The translations under genes and the position numbers were made by a program. From the NCBI RefSeq assembly GCF_000315625.1, contig NW_005434573.1, positions 154,408-218,407 of the forward strand: DNA of 64,000 bases, written 5' to 3'. Shown here in pieces: positions 26,004 to 39,506 of the stretch. The DNA is from Guillardia theta CCMP2712. Lineage: Eukaryota > Protista > Cryptophyta. Numbering within the stretch: the first letter of the stretch is position 1; every line of letters starts with the position of its first letter. Under the pieces are notes generated by a model. It was not told the DNA's origin and did not search any database. It saw nothing but the letters and a program-made list of their open reading frames with translations.

Positions 26004-29000
26004 TCATCCAGGCAGAGGGGAGGAGGTTGGCTCTACTAGGATCTCGTTCACAGCCACCGAGGCCTTCCTCGTCATGGCGTACAGCACTGCTTCCGCCACG
26101 TCCGACACATCGAGCTGGCTCTTCGTCGAGTTCTCCCCGAAGAGCGAGCAAGCCTGCTGCTCGTCGCGCATCATGAGCTCGCTCTTCACGTCCCCCGGCT
26201 GGATGTTGGTCACCCGGATGCCGTAGAGCGCCAGCTCCTGCCGCAGCCCTCGCGCCCAGGCCTCAACGAAGTGCTTGGTGGCGGAGTAGACGGCCAGGCC
26301 GGGGAAAGAGGCGCGACCAGCGTCGGAGGAGATGTTGATGATGTGACCTCCTCGGCCCTCGGCGATGAGCGACGGGATGATGGCGCCTGTCATGTTGAGC
26401 ACTCCCTTGCAGTTGAGGTCTACCTGGGCTGACCAGGAGGTCAAGTCGACACACGACAGGTGCTGGTACTGCATCATGCTCGCGCTGTTGACCAGCCCCC
26501 AGATCGGCGACGAGAACTCCCGCGCGATGGCAGCGACGCCTGCGGTCACCGACTCCGCGTCGGTCACGTCGATCTGGAAGGAAGACGCTCTCCCCCCTGC
26601 GCTGTTGATCTCCTCCTCCAACTCCACCAGCCGCTCCTTCCGTCGAGCAACGAGTGCGATGTAGGCGCCATGAAGGGAGAGAGTCTTGCAGATCTGCTGG
26701 CCGATCCCCCCGCTGGCTCCCGTCACCACAACCACCTTGGACTCGAGAGCTCGAGGGCTGACGATGCCAACCGGCGTGACATGAGGCAGCAGCTTCCACT
26801 TCAGCTTCAGCTTGGAGAGGTAGGCCGCCATGAGCTCCGTTGTCAGCTGGGGGTACTGCTGGGACAGCGCGAGCTCGCTCCTCGACTCCTCGTTAGCGTC
26901 GATGCGGGCGAGCCAGGAGCTGACGTTGTCAGTGTCGTACTGGTTGTGTTGCCAGCATAAGTCCAGCAGGGTCTCGCGGGTCACGGGGTTGTGACCGCTC
27001 CGAGAGCAGGCAAGCTCGACGAGCTTCACCCACTCGTCCACGTCATGCACGGCCTTGAGGCTCGTGTAGCCGGCGCGATGAGCAGCCGTCATGAAGTTCT
27101 GGAAGGAGAGCGGCGAGGGCTGGATGAGGTGGAAGACCTTGTTGGTGCAGTTGCGGATGTCCTCTACGCAGGACACAACAAACCTGGAGACGAAGTCGAC
27201 AGGCGTCATCTCGAAGCAGAGCTCCAACCCTTGTACGATTGGAACCGCCTGCGCGTACACACAAGCCTGCATGATGGATAGGTTGGAATCCTTGGGATTC
27301 CATGCCGCCGACTCGGAGTGACCTGAGATGTTGCCGCAGCGGTAGATGGCTCCTGGCAGGCCGTTCTCATGCGCCTGCAGCACGAGCTGCTCTGCCACCC
27401 ACTTGGACTGCGAGTATCCCGTCTTGAGCTCCTTCCACGTTGACTTCAACGACGTCGTCTCACTCCAGGTTCTCCTCCCGCTCCCTCCCTCCGAGGGGAA
27501 CACGGCGTCTGTCGACACGTAGTGCAAGGCCTTGACCTTGCCGGAGAGGCAGAAGGAGACAATGGAGGAGGTGCCGCGAACGTTGGCGGGGACGAGGGCT
27601 TCATAAGGGTAGACGAGGTTGACCTGCGCAGCTGCATGGATGACGACATCGATGTGCTGGGTCAGGAAGGTGTAGTCCTCCTCCTCCAGCCCGAGACACT
27701 CTAGGCTCGCGTCCCCAACAATCGCGTCCAGCCGGTGGTGAACGTCTGCTCGCACCTCGTCCGTCAGCAGCCCGTAGCTCTCCAGCCCCTTGAGCACCCG
27801 CGACCGGCAGGCGTCAGCTGGAGCTGCTCCCGTGCCTCCGGCCTCTCCTGCTCGCACCAGGCAGTAGACGTATGCTTTGGTGCGGCGAAGAAGCTCGTAG
27901 GCGAGGAAGGCGCCGAGGAAGCCGGTGACCCCCGTCAGCATCACGCGGCGAGTCTTGAAAAGCCTCTCCACCTCCACATGCCTCCAGAAGGCCCGCGTGT
28001 TGATGGAGATGACCTGCGAATGCGCGTACAGCTCGACCTCGTTGTCCAGGTTCCGCTGCACTAAGTCTCGCACTTCGCCCTCCACCTCCGGCGGCTTCTC
28101 GAGGAAGCTTGCTAGCTGAGTGATGTTGGGGTAAGCAAAGATGTGCTCCAGCAGCACCTTCCTTCCTCCGAAGCTGGCTGAGAGATCTTTGAGCAACGGG
28201 ATGGTCAAGAGAGAGTTCCCTCCGAGGTCGAAGAAGCCTTCAGCCGTGTCAATGGCGTCGCTCTTGAGGCCCAGCACGCGCTTGAAGATGTTGGCTACCT
28301 TTCGCTCTGCCTCTGTCTTGGGTGTGTCGATCACCTCCGTGTCGTGCTTCTCCAGGATCTCAGTCAGGCTCGGCAAACGTTTCTTGTCCAGCTTGCCGGA
28401 TGCCGCGTGCACTGGGATGCTGTCTAGGAACTCCATGTGGGTAGGGATCATGTAGAAAGGAAGCCTGCGCTTCAGGAGAGTTCGGATCTGCTTCTTCATG
28501 TTCGCCAAGAAGTTGTCTTCGTTTCTCAGAGCAGACAAGTCGGCCGGGACGAGGAAGGCCAGCAGCGTCTTGTCGGTGTCGGAGGGGAGGCCATCGGCGA
28601 TCACGACGCAGTCATGCACCAGCTGCTTCAGCTCAAGGATCGCTCGCTGCACGGCCTTGAGCTCGATCGAGTATCCCCTCACCTTCACCATCGAGTCGCA
28701 ACGCCCGCAGATCTCAAGCAGCCCGCGACCGACGAGGTACCCGACGTCTCCCGAGCGGTAGACCCTCTGCCCGCCCCGCATGGGAAACCTCTCAGCGGTA
28801 ATGTCAGGTCGCTGCAGGTACTCGCGAGCCAGCATGGGCCCGGTGATGTAGATTTCCCCGTGGACTCCAGGAGGAACTTCGTTCATGCTCTCATCAAGGA
28901 TCTTGACGCCGACGGCAGGCAGCAGCTTCCCGACGGGGCAGAAATTTCTCTTGAGGTCTATGTGCGCGTCGTCGGTGAGGTCCGAGCCGGCCACGTCATG

Positions 29001-30169
29001 TGCCTCGGAGATGGAGTAGAGGTTGTGAATCTGAGCACCTGCACGTGAAGTCAGAGGATCACGCGAGGAGCTCGAGAGCTGCTGCCTGGGATGCTCTCGC
29101 GGATCTTGTTCCTTAGCGACATGGTGACAACCTCGCCACAGAGGATGATGAGTTTGAGTGACTTGAACAGCTGCAGGTCGACGTCGGAGGCGGAGAGCAT
29201 GGCCTCAAGGAGAGAAGGAGTGAACAGCATTCGAGTGATAGCATTCTAAAGCAAAGTCAGCAGCGATCGGGCCGGCAGCAGCAAGACCTTGGAGATGAAC
29301 TGCGGGAGTTTCTCGACGTCATAGATGGTCGTGTCCGGCACGATGTGCAGCTCCTGACCTCTGAGGAGCGGCCGCAGCATCTCCCATACGAAGAAGACGT
29401 TGCATGCCTCTCTCTCGATGGGACTTGAGCTGTACGGATACTCCTGAAAGCGCCAGGCGTATGAGAGCACGGCTCCCCTGTGAGGGCAGCAGATCCCTTT
29501 AGGTTTGCCTGTCGTGCCAGACGAGTAGACGACATAGGCAAGGTTGTCCCAGGTGAGCTTTCCTGGAATCTGAGGAAGAGAGTGAGGAGGGACCTTGCCT
29601 TCCCATCCTTGATCGAAGACAAAGGTTTCCACTTGTGTGAAGAACGTCTGCCCGGAGAAGTACTCGGGGGTGGTGAGGATCGCGGCAGGCGAGGCATCAG
29701 TCACGACCATCTGAACGAGGTCAGGAGGATACGCCACGTCCATGGGGAGATAGGCAGCGCCAGCCTTGAGGATGGCGATGTACGAGATGCTATACTCGAG
29801 CTGCTTCTTCATGTAGATGGCTACCACCTTGTCGGGCCCTGCTCCTCTTTGAATCAGCCAGAGGGCCAGCCGATCAGTCAGCACGTCGAGGTCCCTGTAG
29901 GAGATCCTGCGATCCTGATCAACGATGGCAACTCGATCAGGAGTCAGTCGGGCCTGCCAGACATTCAGCCATGTCCCCTCATGCAGGAATGAAACTACCT
30001 GCTTTCGGAAGAGGTCGTGCAACAGCAGACCCTCGTACTCTCTATAGACGTCGGGCAAATCGCTCTTGCTCGTTGCTGGTGCGCTCGATGGCATTTCAAA
30101 GCTATTGCTTGACGAGCTGTGAGATAAACTGTTGCTTGAAGCACTTGGGGAGATACTGGGAGGAGGCAT
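26004..30169 (-). CDS. NRPS-like A-T-R1-R2 enzyme (adenylation, thiolation, thioester reductase, SDR); glycine betaine reductase ATRR-like
   Basis: A domain: AYVVYSSGTTGKPKG, REACNVFFVWE, YRSGD, VKVRGYSIEL, SGKLDK. T domain: FFDLGGNSLL. R1: TGVTGFLG, GYSQSKWVAE. R2: TGASGGIG, NISS, YSATK. Three short introns near 29.05, 29.26 and 29.98 kb. Confidence 0.9.
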
Positions 30170-31019
30170 TCTGGTTTAATGGCTGCTTTCAAATCTTTGA
30201 CCTGTTCAACACGCCAAGCGTCAGAAATGTTGGTCAAGGATTCTACTGGAAACCATCATTGATTGATATCATCTTAGCGCTGCACATGCCTCATGATGGT
30301 AAGAACCATGACTCGAGATGTCAACTGCTGGGAATTCCACATGCATAAGGGACCGAACGGAATAAGATGAAGGCGGGAGGGGGAAAGGGATTAGAGGAAG
30401 CAAGTCAGAACCATGGAACGAGGGATCTGCTGGGATGGGTGGTGATGACAAGCTCTGGTGGTGACTGACAAGGCGGGAAGGAGGGGGGCGAGGGACGAGG
30501 GAGCTTGGCCCTCGTGCTGTATCACAAGTGGCATGTGCGAACAAAAAGAACCACAGGAGGAAACGAAATGGGGGGTAGTCAGGGGTAGGGTAGCAGTATG
30601 AGGAGTAGCAATTGAAATAGACTTGTCGGGGTGGGGTGGTACAGGAAGGTGCAACAGGAGCAAGCATAGGGTAATGGAGGGTGGGGTGGGGTGGGGAGGA
30701 GGATCAGCGAGGGTGTTTTACCTGAGTCAGAGGGGTACAGGAGAGTTGTGGAAATCAGTAGATATGATACGGAGGGGTAGGGTACTTGAACTACCTGGAT
30801 TTAAAGGAGGGTAGGGTCCTGAGGAAGAGGTCACGGCCCGTAGGGGTAGGTGGAAGGGGGTCCTCTAATGGGGACGCAAAAGATTTGGAGGAGAATACAA
30901 TGTATATAACTTAAAAAAACAATTATTTAGTAAATGTTAACCTAAGAATAAGGTTATATAATGTTTATATACAGTTTGACCACGAAAACACGTTGGTTCA
31001 ACTCAGATTCGTATCGTAA

Positions 31020-32830
31020 ACTGATACCGGGCCCGGGCCCGGCCGCGCAGTGGCATCTTTGAACACAAAACGGGCACGGTTACTAAGTTGGCGGGCCGGG
31101 CGGCCCGCCGCCGGCCGCCCGGTCGACTTTGAGTAAAGATTATGTCGAGTCGACCCGGTCTACGCGGCCCGTGACTCATCCGACTCATGATGGCATGATG
31201 AACGAGTCTGTGATCAATGATCGGTGATCCAAGTCTCAGGGCCGATCGGGCCACTGAGTACCAGCCTGCCAGCCTGAGTGACCCGGCGTGAGCCCACTGG
31301 GCCAGGCTGGCAGCGGCCAGCCTGTGGCCCGGCGGCTGTCCTGAGGGCAGCCTGACTCAGTGAGTCCGATCACTCTTCATTAGTCACTGTACTGAGTCCG
31401 AGCCTGTGGCAGGAAAAGGCTCAGTGTCGCCGGAGTCGCGGCCCGGCGGAGGCCGGAACTTCCGAGAACTTGGCAAGTTGGGTGCGCGGCAGTGACGCCG
31501 GCCCGGAGTCCGCGGCTCGCCGCGGCCGCGGGGCGTCCGATGTTCCCGGCTGAGCCCGCCGCCGCGCCGGAACTCAGTCAGTTGCAGTGCCGGACCCGCC
31601 GGCCCGGCGGGCCCGAAACTTTCCGGGCCGGCGTACGGTCACCGTCTGGGCCTGTGGAAGCAACTCAGATTAAACCAGGCCCCCGGCCGCAGTTCGGAAC
31701 TGGACTTGAACGGTTCCGAGGCTGGCATTGTTCAGTGAGAGTCAACGGCCCGCCGCCGAATTTGAGTACACACGCGGCCGCGACTGCCGCGAGACGGTAC
31801 CAGGCTCCGACGCCGTCACTGTGACGGCGCGGCCGCCGTGTACCACGGTAGTACCGTGCCGGCGGTACGGTCGGTCGGCGCGCCGCCGCCGGGCACCGGC
31901 CGCACCGTCGGTACCGGGTACGGTCGCCGCCCGGCCCGGCCGGTACCCGCCGGGTAGTACGGTAGCCGGCGGCGGCCCGGGTACCCCGCCGCCGCGGGGC
32001 CGGCCACTCGGAGGCTCGGCGCCGCGCGCGGCGGGGGCGGCCGCCACTCAGCGGCGAGCCTGCCCTGGCAGTGAGAGTCACCGGGCCCGGGCTGTCACCC
32101 CGGCGGCGGGACGGACAGTGCCGGGGGGACGGAAGTTTCCCGGGCCGCCCCGGCGGCCCGGCCCGGCCGCCCGCCCGGCCCCGCCGGGGCGAGCGGACTG
32201 GTACCGTACTGTACTGAGCGGCGGCGGCCCTGACTCGTTCGGGATCGCGGCGAGAGCGGGCCCGCCCCGGGCACTCACAGTGCCGGGGCCCCGGCCGGCT
32301 CCGAGGACTCAGTCCCGGAGTTCCGCGGCCCGGGGGCCGGACGGTCACAGGCTCGGACTGCCACCGTGACCGTGCCAGCCACAAGTACCGGCTTCAAGTC
32401 ACTGCCCGGAGTGTCGGTCCGCCGTCACCAGTGTGAACCGTCACCGTGGCAGCCGGCGTGAGCCGGGCCGGCCCGGGCGATGATCGGATCGGACCGTCCA
32501 ACTCAGCCGCCGGGCCGCGGCCCACCGTCCCGCCCGGAGCCGACACGGTGGCCCCCGTGGGCCCGGTAAGCGGCCGCCGGGCCGCTGGAAACTTTCAACG
32601 GAACGGCGTCATCCGATGATCGAGTCATGGCGGTACGGCCGCGGCCCACGCCGAGCCCGGCGGCGGCCGGTACTGTAACTTAAATTGAATCCGAGTCAGC
32701 ACTCCCAGGCTCAGTGCCGGCCCGTCACGGAGGCTCGGGAGCCTGGCTCGCGGCCGGGCCGAAGCTACGGCGGCGTACCGGCGGTCACCCGGTCGAATAA
32801 CCGTCATAACGGTGACTCGCTGGGTCAGTG
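31020..32830. other. CpG-rich micro-palindrome intergenic island (largest of several)
   Basis: Very high GC, dense in ccgg, cggtaccg, gtac, ccgcgg, tgagtca/tgactca and gtcac/gtgac. Its ORFs are low-complexity P/G/R/A on both strands. Confidence 0.8.
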
Positions 32831-33446
32831 GGTCGCATAACCGTCATAACGGTGATTAGCCTTCTTACTATGATGCCATGACCCCACCCCCCATTGGTCT
32901 GATTTTACCACCCACCCCCAATTTATACCCAAGCTTGCTGACCTCGAGATCAGAAATACCCCATGATTGAGGTACCCCCACCACCTTTTCGATATAGAAA
33001 TGACCATCAAATTCCACCCTTAAAATATACCCCTACCCTCAATATTTAGCCCCCTCCCACCAGGCTTCAACTGCCTCTGACCCCCACCCCCCGCCATCCT
33101 CTCTTAGCGCCCTCCTCCTCATTTGCTTAGCGCTCTGCTCCTCCTCCTTTGCTTAGCGCCCCCTCCTTTAGCTTCCCCTGGTCTCTGTTGTATTACTTCC
33201 TATTTCCTACCTACTTCCTATCTTCTGTCCCCTGCCTTCTCCTTCTCCGCTTCCCCTCTTCTTGTGCTTTCCATTTACTTTCTCGTCCTCGTTAGCATCT
33301 CTCGTGCTATCTTTCGCTCCTCCCTGCCTTCTCGTCTTAGCCCATCGCATCCGGTCTCGTTGCCATGATCAGCCTACACCAAGGTGTTGCGGGGCGAACT
33401 TGATCGGCACACGTCAGGGTGATCTAGTATCTATCGAGGAGAGGCA

Positions 33447-35341
33447 ATGTCTGACTGTCGTCGGACGACCAAAGCGCTCATTGAGACGTTGGATGCCGTG
33501 ACTCCCGTACAACCTCGAGCTCTTGCGGAAGAGAAGGGCAAGCTCAAGTCTCGCCGAACGATCCTGCAGCTCTACGAGGACGCGATAGTTCATGTGCGCA
33601 ACCTCCGGCTGAAGAGGCCATGCCCGACAGGCGACGAGACGAGGCCAGCCAAGAAGAACAGTTACGCAGATTTTCTCAGGACTCCGAAGACGTCTCAGGC
33701 CTCTATTGACAGTCAGATTTTCATTCATGGCATGCTCTCCAGTCGCTCGCTCCTGTTCGTCGTGTGCTCGCTGCCTGAGCTGCAAGTCGTAGCCGCCAGT
33801 GAGGCTGTCGACATGCTGTACCGAGACTCCCCGTCAGTCGGCATCATTGGACAGAATCTCCTTCACTTCATTCACTTCAAAGATTTCTGGAAGGTGAGGA
33901 GGATGTTGCGGTCCAAGTCCCCTCTCATCCGTTTCTCCCGCAGGTCCGAAAGGTCGCCAGACAGGCTCAAGCAGGAGAGCTGGCAGGAGGAGAGAGCAAG
34001 GCCGAGGCGCTGATGCAGGAGCAATTCGAGGCGAAGCTTGCGACCTTCCTCGACGTCTCCTGTCGGGGTGTGGACAAGGAGTACATGTGTCGAGGAATCA
34101 CCTTCACAGAATTCTGCTGGTTTCCAGTCCATGTCTCCCCTGGTGATGAGCCTCGCCTGCTGCAACTCGCATGACGCAACCGACAGATGACAAGATCGCC
34201 TTCATCCTCCAGGAGAAGTCCAGCTCTCCTCCTCGTCCTCCAAGGTGACGACACACCCGCAGCTATCGCCCTGACCTGCGTCTTCAGCGCTGCAGACGCG
34301 TTCGTCCCGAGCATCCCTCGCTGTCCAAATCGTTTTCGATCTCGCAACGAAGTCAGTGGGTTCGACCTCTGACGCCCTCGCTGACCCTGAGCTCGCAGCT
34401 GAGGAGGATAAGCGCGACCTTCTACTTCGACGAGATCTGCTCGACAGCCTTCCCTTGGAATGTCGACGCGGCCATGCAGAGGATCCAGGCGAACGCGCAT
34501 CCTCCCTTCATCCAGCGGGCGATCTCATCCATGGCGTGGACGGAGTCAGCGAGGCGGGTGGTGCAGCGGATCACGGGGGATGTGGGGCATGAGTACAGCT
34601 CGAGGACTACTTCGAGCCTCTCGCGCGTGGTGAGAAGTGGGGTGGAGGGGATGGGCCTGCCTGACTACCTCGCAGGTCACCCGTATGTGTCAGATCCACG
34701 TCTTCGTGGACCTCAACGAGCACGGCGTGCCCTACCTCGTCTCTCACATGCGCCTCCGCATGCCGCAGTGGATCGGGTCGATCAAAACCCCCTGGGTCCT
34801 CATCGAGACTGCCAACCTTGATGGGTCTCCGACGCAGATGCCGACGGCAGAGAACGACAAGTACGTCGGGTACTACCTTGACCAGAGCTCCCCTCCTGAT
34901 GAGCTCCACATCTCCGCTCGCTTCTACGAGCGGGTTGACGGGCAGTACCGCTGTTACCACACGCGAACGACGGTGATGCAACCTGACCACATACACGGAC
35001 GATGCATCAAAGTCTTCGGCGAAGTTTTCAAGTCTGCGACCGAAGCTCCTTACGAGTTCGTTCACGCGCTCAACAAGTAGGCCAGCAGCAGCTCTTGTGT
35101 GAGAGACTGACCCCTCGAGTGCAGGACGGAGGAAGCGGATCCAGCGCTGGTGGAGTCACTGCGAGCAGCAGGAAACGCGCAGGCAATCGGGGAGGCAGAC
35201 AGCGCGACCCCAACGCCTGTGATGCAGATGGAGAACGTGGACATGTCCACAGACCCGAGCTTCCTCGCGCTCCCCTCCTTCTATGCTGAGAGGAACGGGT
35301 ATCCACACAAGTCCTCTCCGAGCACTCGATTTTCAAATTAA
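33447..35341 (+). CDS. bHLH-PAS-like transcription factor (multi-exon)
   Basis: RRTTKALIETLDAVTP...RRTILQLYEDAIVHVRNLR resembles helix-loop-helix. It is followed by PAS-like LQVVAASEAVDMLY..IIGQNLLHFIHFKDF. Confidence 0.55.
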
Positions 35342-35566
35342 AAGACAAGCAAGGAATGAATTAAATTATCAACGTGCTCCTGTTTGATCCTGTTTCCTTC
35401 CCTTCTAGAACCTACATGGTGACGAACACTCCGTGTCCATGAAGTCACGACAGCAGAGGTTGTGCCTGCTCTAGTGTAAGAGGACTCGACAAGCAGCTCA
35501 AGGTCAACAAGCGAGGAGGCAGCACAGGAGCAGCAGCGAGAGAGGAGCAAGAGACAAGCGGGGCTC

Positions 35567-36650
35567 TCACGTGTGTGCCATCCAAAAGTCGTTAGTCTCC
35601 TGGGTGAGATGCTCGCTGTCAAAGTTGCGATGGTTGACGATCCCGTCCAGCTAGCGGCAGCTGTCAGTCATCTGGGAGACTGCCGAGCTCTGCTCACCTG
35701 ATTCTGCAGCCCGCGCATGCGACGACGAGCAACATCGAGATCCTCTGGCTGTGAATTGAACGCGATGACCTGGCACAGCCGTGAGCAGCAGGGAGGAGAG
35801 GAGCTGCTTCAACTCACGTCTTCTAGCGACGGCTCCTTGTCGTCAGCGCTGACTTCCTCCGATCCTGGACGTCGTAGAGCATGCCACTGCCTGCGGGCAG
35901 AGTTAACGAGGACGGGGGAATAAGATGGGAGACGGGGGAAAGTAGAGAGAAGAGGAGAAGGGGAGGCAAGAGGCAGCACAAAAGAACATGGGGGGATGAC
36001 CTCTTGGCGATGTTGAGAGCTTGCTGGTCGAGAGGGTCCGACTGGTCGAGGGATGCAGCGGAGGAGACGCACTCAACTAGCTCCTCTGTAGTGTTGGCGT
36101 ACTTGCAACCCCCGTCGAGCACCTGCCACATCTTGTGTCGCATCTCACTTGCCATGATCTCTTCCTTCCCGGTCAGTGGACGATGCGTCCTCAGGTTCTC
36201 CTCAGTAAATTCCGACGATCCCCCAGTGCTCTGACCTCCCGGGTAGGTGCCGATCCCACCCAGGCTTCTTCTCCTCCTCAAGCTGCCCCGGTCGGCATCA
36301 TGAATCGCTTCATGGTAGTCAGCGAGGTCAAGCCCCTCGGCTCCTAGCGAGTTCTCCTCGCCCTGCAGCGCATGTTCGAGCACATGCGATCTGTCGGCCT
36401 CCTCAAGTGCTGCTTGTCGACGTCTGCCGTCCCGCAGAGCTTGTTGGACTTGCTTACGAAGATGCTCGTGATGGAAAGATGACGAGGGGAAGAAGAGGAC
36501 CGATGGCTTGGAGGGACGTGGACGGACGAGCGCCAAGACTGCAACCTAAAGGCAAAGGCTGACGTCAGCGCGTATATGTCAACCTGCTGCAGCTTCTCTC
36601 ACCACAGCAAGGAGCAGTAAGGCGATGCTTCCCACGTCTTTCACTCCCAT
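35567..36650 (-). CDS. Hypothetical protein with N-terminal signal peptide/anchor
   Basis: MGVKDVGSIALLLLAV|VAVLALVRP.. splices to the 237-aa ORF and further exons ending DFWMAHT*. Confidence 0.55.
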
Positions 36651-37448
36651 CTTGATCAAACCCTCATGAGCTGAGAGGAGCGTCAGAAACATCCCGATCT
36701 CAAGGCCTATTGCTCTCATGCATTGATTTCAAATATTTCAACCTCACTTGCTCTTCTCCCTTCTCCCTTCTCAAATCTCTATCTTGTCACCTTTTCTTCC
36801 CCCTCCTTCGTCCCTTCTGGCCGATCACTCCAATCTTCTCTCTCCCATCGTCTCTCTCCTCTCTCCTCTCGTATCTTCGCCATAGCTGTCCAAAGCGCTG
36901 TCTAAATGAAAGGCCATCTTGGGTATAAAATGTAACGGTGTAACGGCCGGGGGGCCCGGGCGTGACCGTCACTGGACAGTGACGCCCGGCGGCGGGTTAG
37001 CCCGGGCCCGGTCGATCGGCCCGGTGAGCCGCGGCGATCGCTGAGCCTTGAGGGCTTCTCGCTCTTTTACTCAACTCAGTTAAGTTGAATTAAAAATCAG
37101 TACGAGGACCGTAATCAGGAGAGTAGAAGAGGCCAGTAGGATGCCATGATGATGATGATCGCAGGGATGCGCGGCCCGGCTGAGGCAACTTTCCGATGAT
37201 CTCACTGAGTCAGCCCAACGGTTGAATGGGTGACGGCCGTACGGTACTATATGGGCCCGGCCCGGCCGCCCGTCACGCGGCGGCGGCCGCACCGGGCCCC
37301 GGGGCCTGGCGGGCGACGGACTCGGACAGGGGGCGCCGCCGCGACTACCGTACCGTACGGTGACGGTCCCGGAGTCACTAAGGCGGCTCAGAGGCTCAGA
37401 GGAGGCTTACCGGCCTTCAATCTCAAGACTCCCTGCCACGGAGTTTAC

Positions 37449-39260
37449 TCACGCACTTGATCCAGGAACGTAGGCCATCTTTCCACGCTTAGGGACCGGA
37501 GGCTTCTCCTCTTCCTCCTCTTCCTCCGTCTCATCTTGCCTCTCACGCTTTTCAGCCACCTCAACGCCTGCCGCTCATGTCAATACCTGAAAGCTGTAAG
37601 GACCGTCTTCATGCACCTTGACAGGGGTTGACCGCCTCCCCGCCTTCTTTTTCCTCATCCTCCTCATCCTCATCCTCATCCTCATCCTCCGACTGAGTTT
37701 CAGAGTCATCGCCGGTTGCCTCTGCATCCTCCATCGCCTCCACTGCACGATCGGGTCAGTCTTATGCGTCACGCATGAGTTGCACATCCCCTCGCAATCA
37801 ACCTCCTACCTGCATCATATCCATCTGACTCTTCGTCTGAGCTTGCGCTACACTCAAAGTTGTCGTCGTCCTCGTCATCATCATCGTCTTCGTCTTCGTC
37901 CCTAATCCTGTCCATCGGTGTCAACGAATCACTTCTGCAGAAGTTTCTAATTCACTGTTCTGCTTCGGTTCCAGGAGGCTTTTCTGCGATTTCCTGCTTT
38001 GACTACGTGGCGTGAGGACATTGACAACAAGCTCAAGTTAAATTACCTTGCTCACTTTGTCATCTTGAACATCCTTTGCTTGTTCTCGAGCTCCAAACTT
38101 AGCCGCCTTGATGTACTCTTGTATTCTTGGTTGTTCGTCCTTGGCGATCATGGAGAATTCGCATTTCTCACCGTTGCTCAATTTGAAGACAAGGTTTACT
38201 GTTCGGTTTGTGATACAGTCAAACTCGGCACTTTGAATATCGCTTTTGTCAATCCATTGGAATTTTTGAATGAAAAACAACCCCGCACGGAGTGGAAACA
38301 AGAAACCATCGTGAATCGACTTGATGTTACACTTCACAGCCGCATCATTCGCGATGCTGCAAAACAAGTTCGGGTCTTGCTGATCGACTGCTAGATTACA
38401 GAGAGACTGCAGGAATTTAAGGAGGAGGACACAAGGAATGTCTTGAAGGTCTGACCCATCAAACCTCTCCGGCAGCAAGTGCTGAGGTGCCACCAGCTCA
38501 GCAAGGACTTTGTCGGTCTCCTTGGACTGCAACGCAAGGAACTTGGTAGAGGACTTGCCGACTGGGACAGCTTCCGACAGCAGGGCAGCACAGATGATGG
38601 TCTTGACCTTCTGCGAACCGGAGGGAACCGGAAGCTTCATCAAGCGGCTCACGCTGCTAACAGGAACCGAGCAGGCCGTCTCCCCTTGTTTGCCGATGAG
38701 TCTAATGGACGCCCTTCGAACCTCTACATCGAACTTGCCACGTGGTGCGAGGAAGCTCACGGAGGGAAGTTTGGCTGTGCATACAGGAAGTTACAACATC
38801 ATCATTCTTCACACAATCACGCGTGTACCAAGCAAGGCAGATTTATCCTGCTCGACTGTAGAAGGAGTATCAGCTCGAAGATTCTCAAGTTTCTTGGGAG
38901 ATGCGGAAGCCGTGAGTTCTTGATAGTCTGCGAGAATGGCGTTGCAGAGCTCGTTCACTTTCTCTTCCGCAAGAATCTTTCCACCGTCCTTGAGTATCTT
39001 CTGTAAAACTTGCTGCGCCTGTAAGTATAGAGACGCTCAGTCATGCTTGAGACCAGCACAACTACCCCACTAGGGAACACAAACATCTCGAACAAATCCA
39101 GATGATCCTCGTAGCACGGCTCTAAGCCCTCCCTCCCTCCCTCCCTCCCTCCCTCCCTCCCTCCCTCCCCATCACACACACTCTCTCTCTTCCTCCCTCC
39201 CCTTGCCTCCATCTTCGCTTCTCTCACCTTCACAAACCCAGCATGCCCGAGTTTCTCCAT
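37449..39260 (-). CDS. SSRP1/Pob3-Rtt106-like double-PH histone chaperone with acidic C-terminus
   Basis: SFLAPRGKFDVEV (SSRP1 middle domain TPRGRYD-like) and DGFLFPL..LFFIQKFQWI..RTVNLVF...EFSMIAKDEQPRIQEYI (Rtt106 domain), then D/E-rich exons. Confidence 0.75.
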
Positions 39261-39506
39261 GCTCGTCGGCTGTCTGGGTGAAGGAATATCCCTCACAGGG
39301 GTGGTGTATTCCACCATCTGCTAAATTGTGGGGTGATAAATGGGTATTTTGAGGGTGGGGGTCATAATGTAGGGTCGTAGGGGGTCCGTTGGTCCAAAGG
39401 GCGAATGGCAAATTGGCGGCAAAGCCGATAAAATATATTTTTTATTATTGAGTAAACTTTATAGTAGTAATCTCAGGTCCGCCTCGGGAAGGTGTCGGAG
39501 TTGGAC

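Noticed and set aside
31492-32807. Long P/G/R/A-rich ORFs in GC islands (also 13406-14297, 37080-37460, 58770-59742)
   Set aside because: These are stop-poor artefacts of GC-rich palindromic DNA, open on both strands with no motifs.
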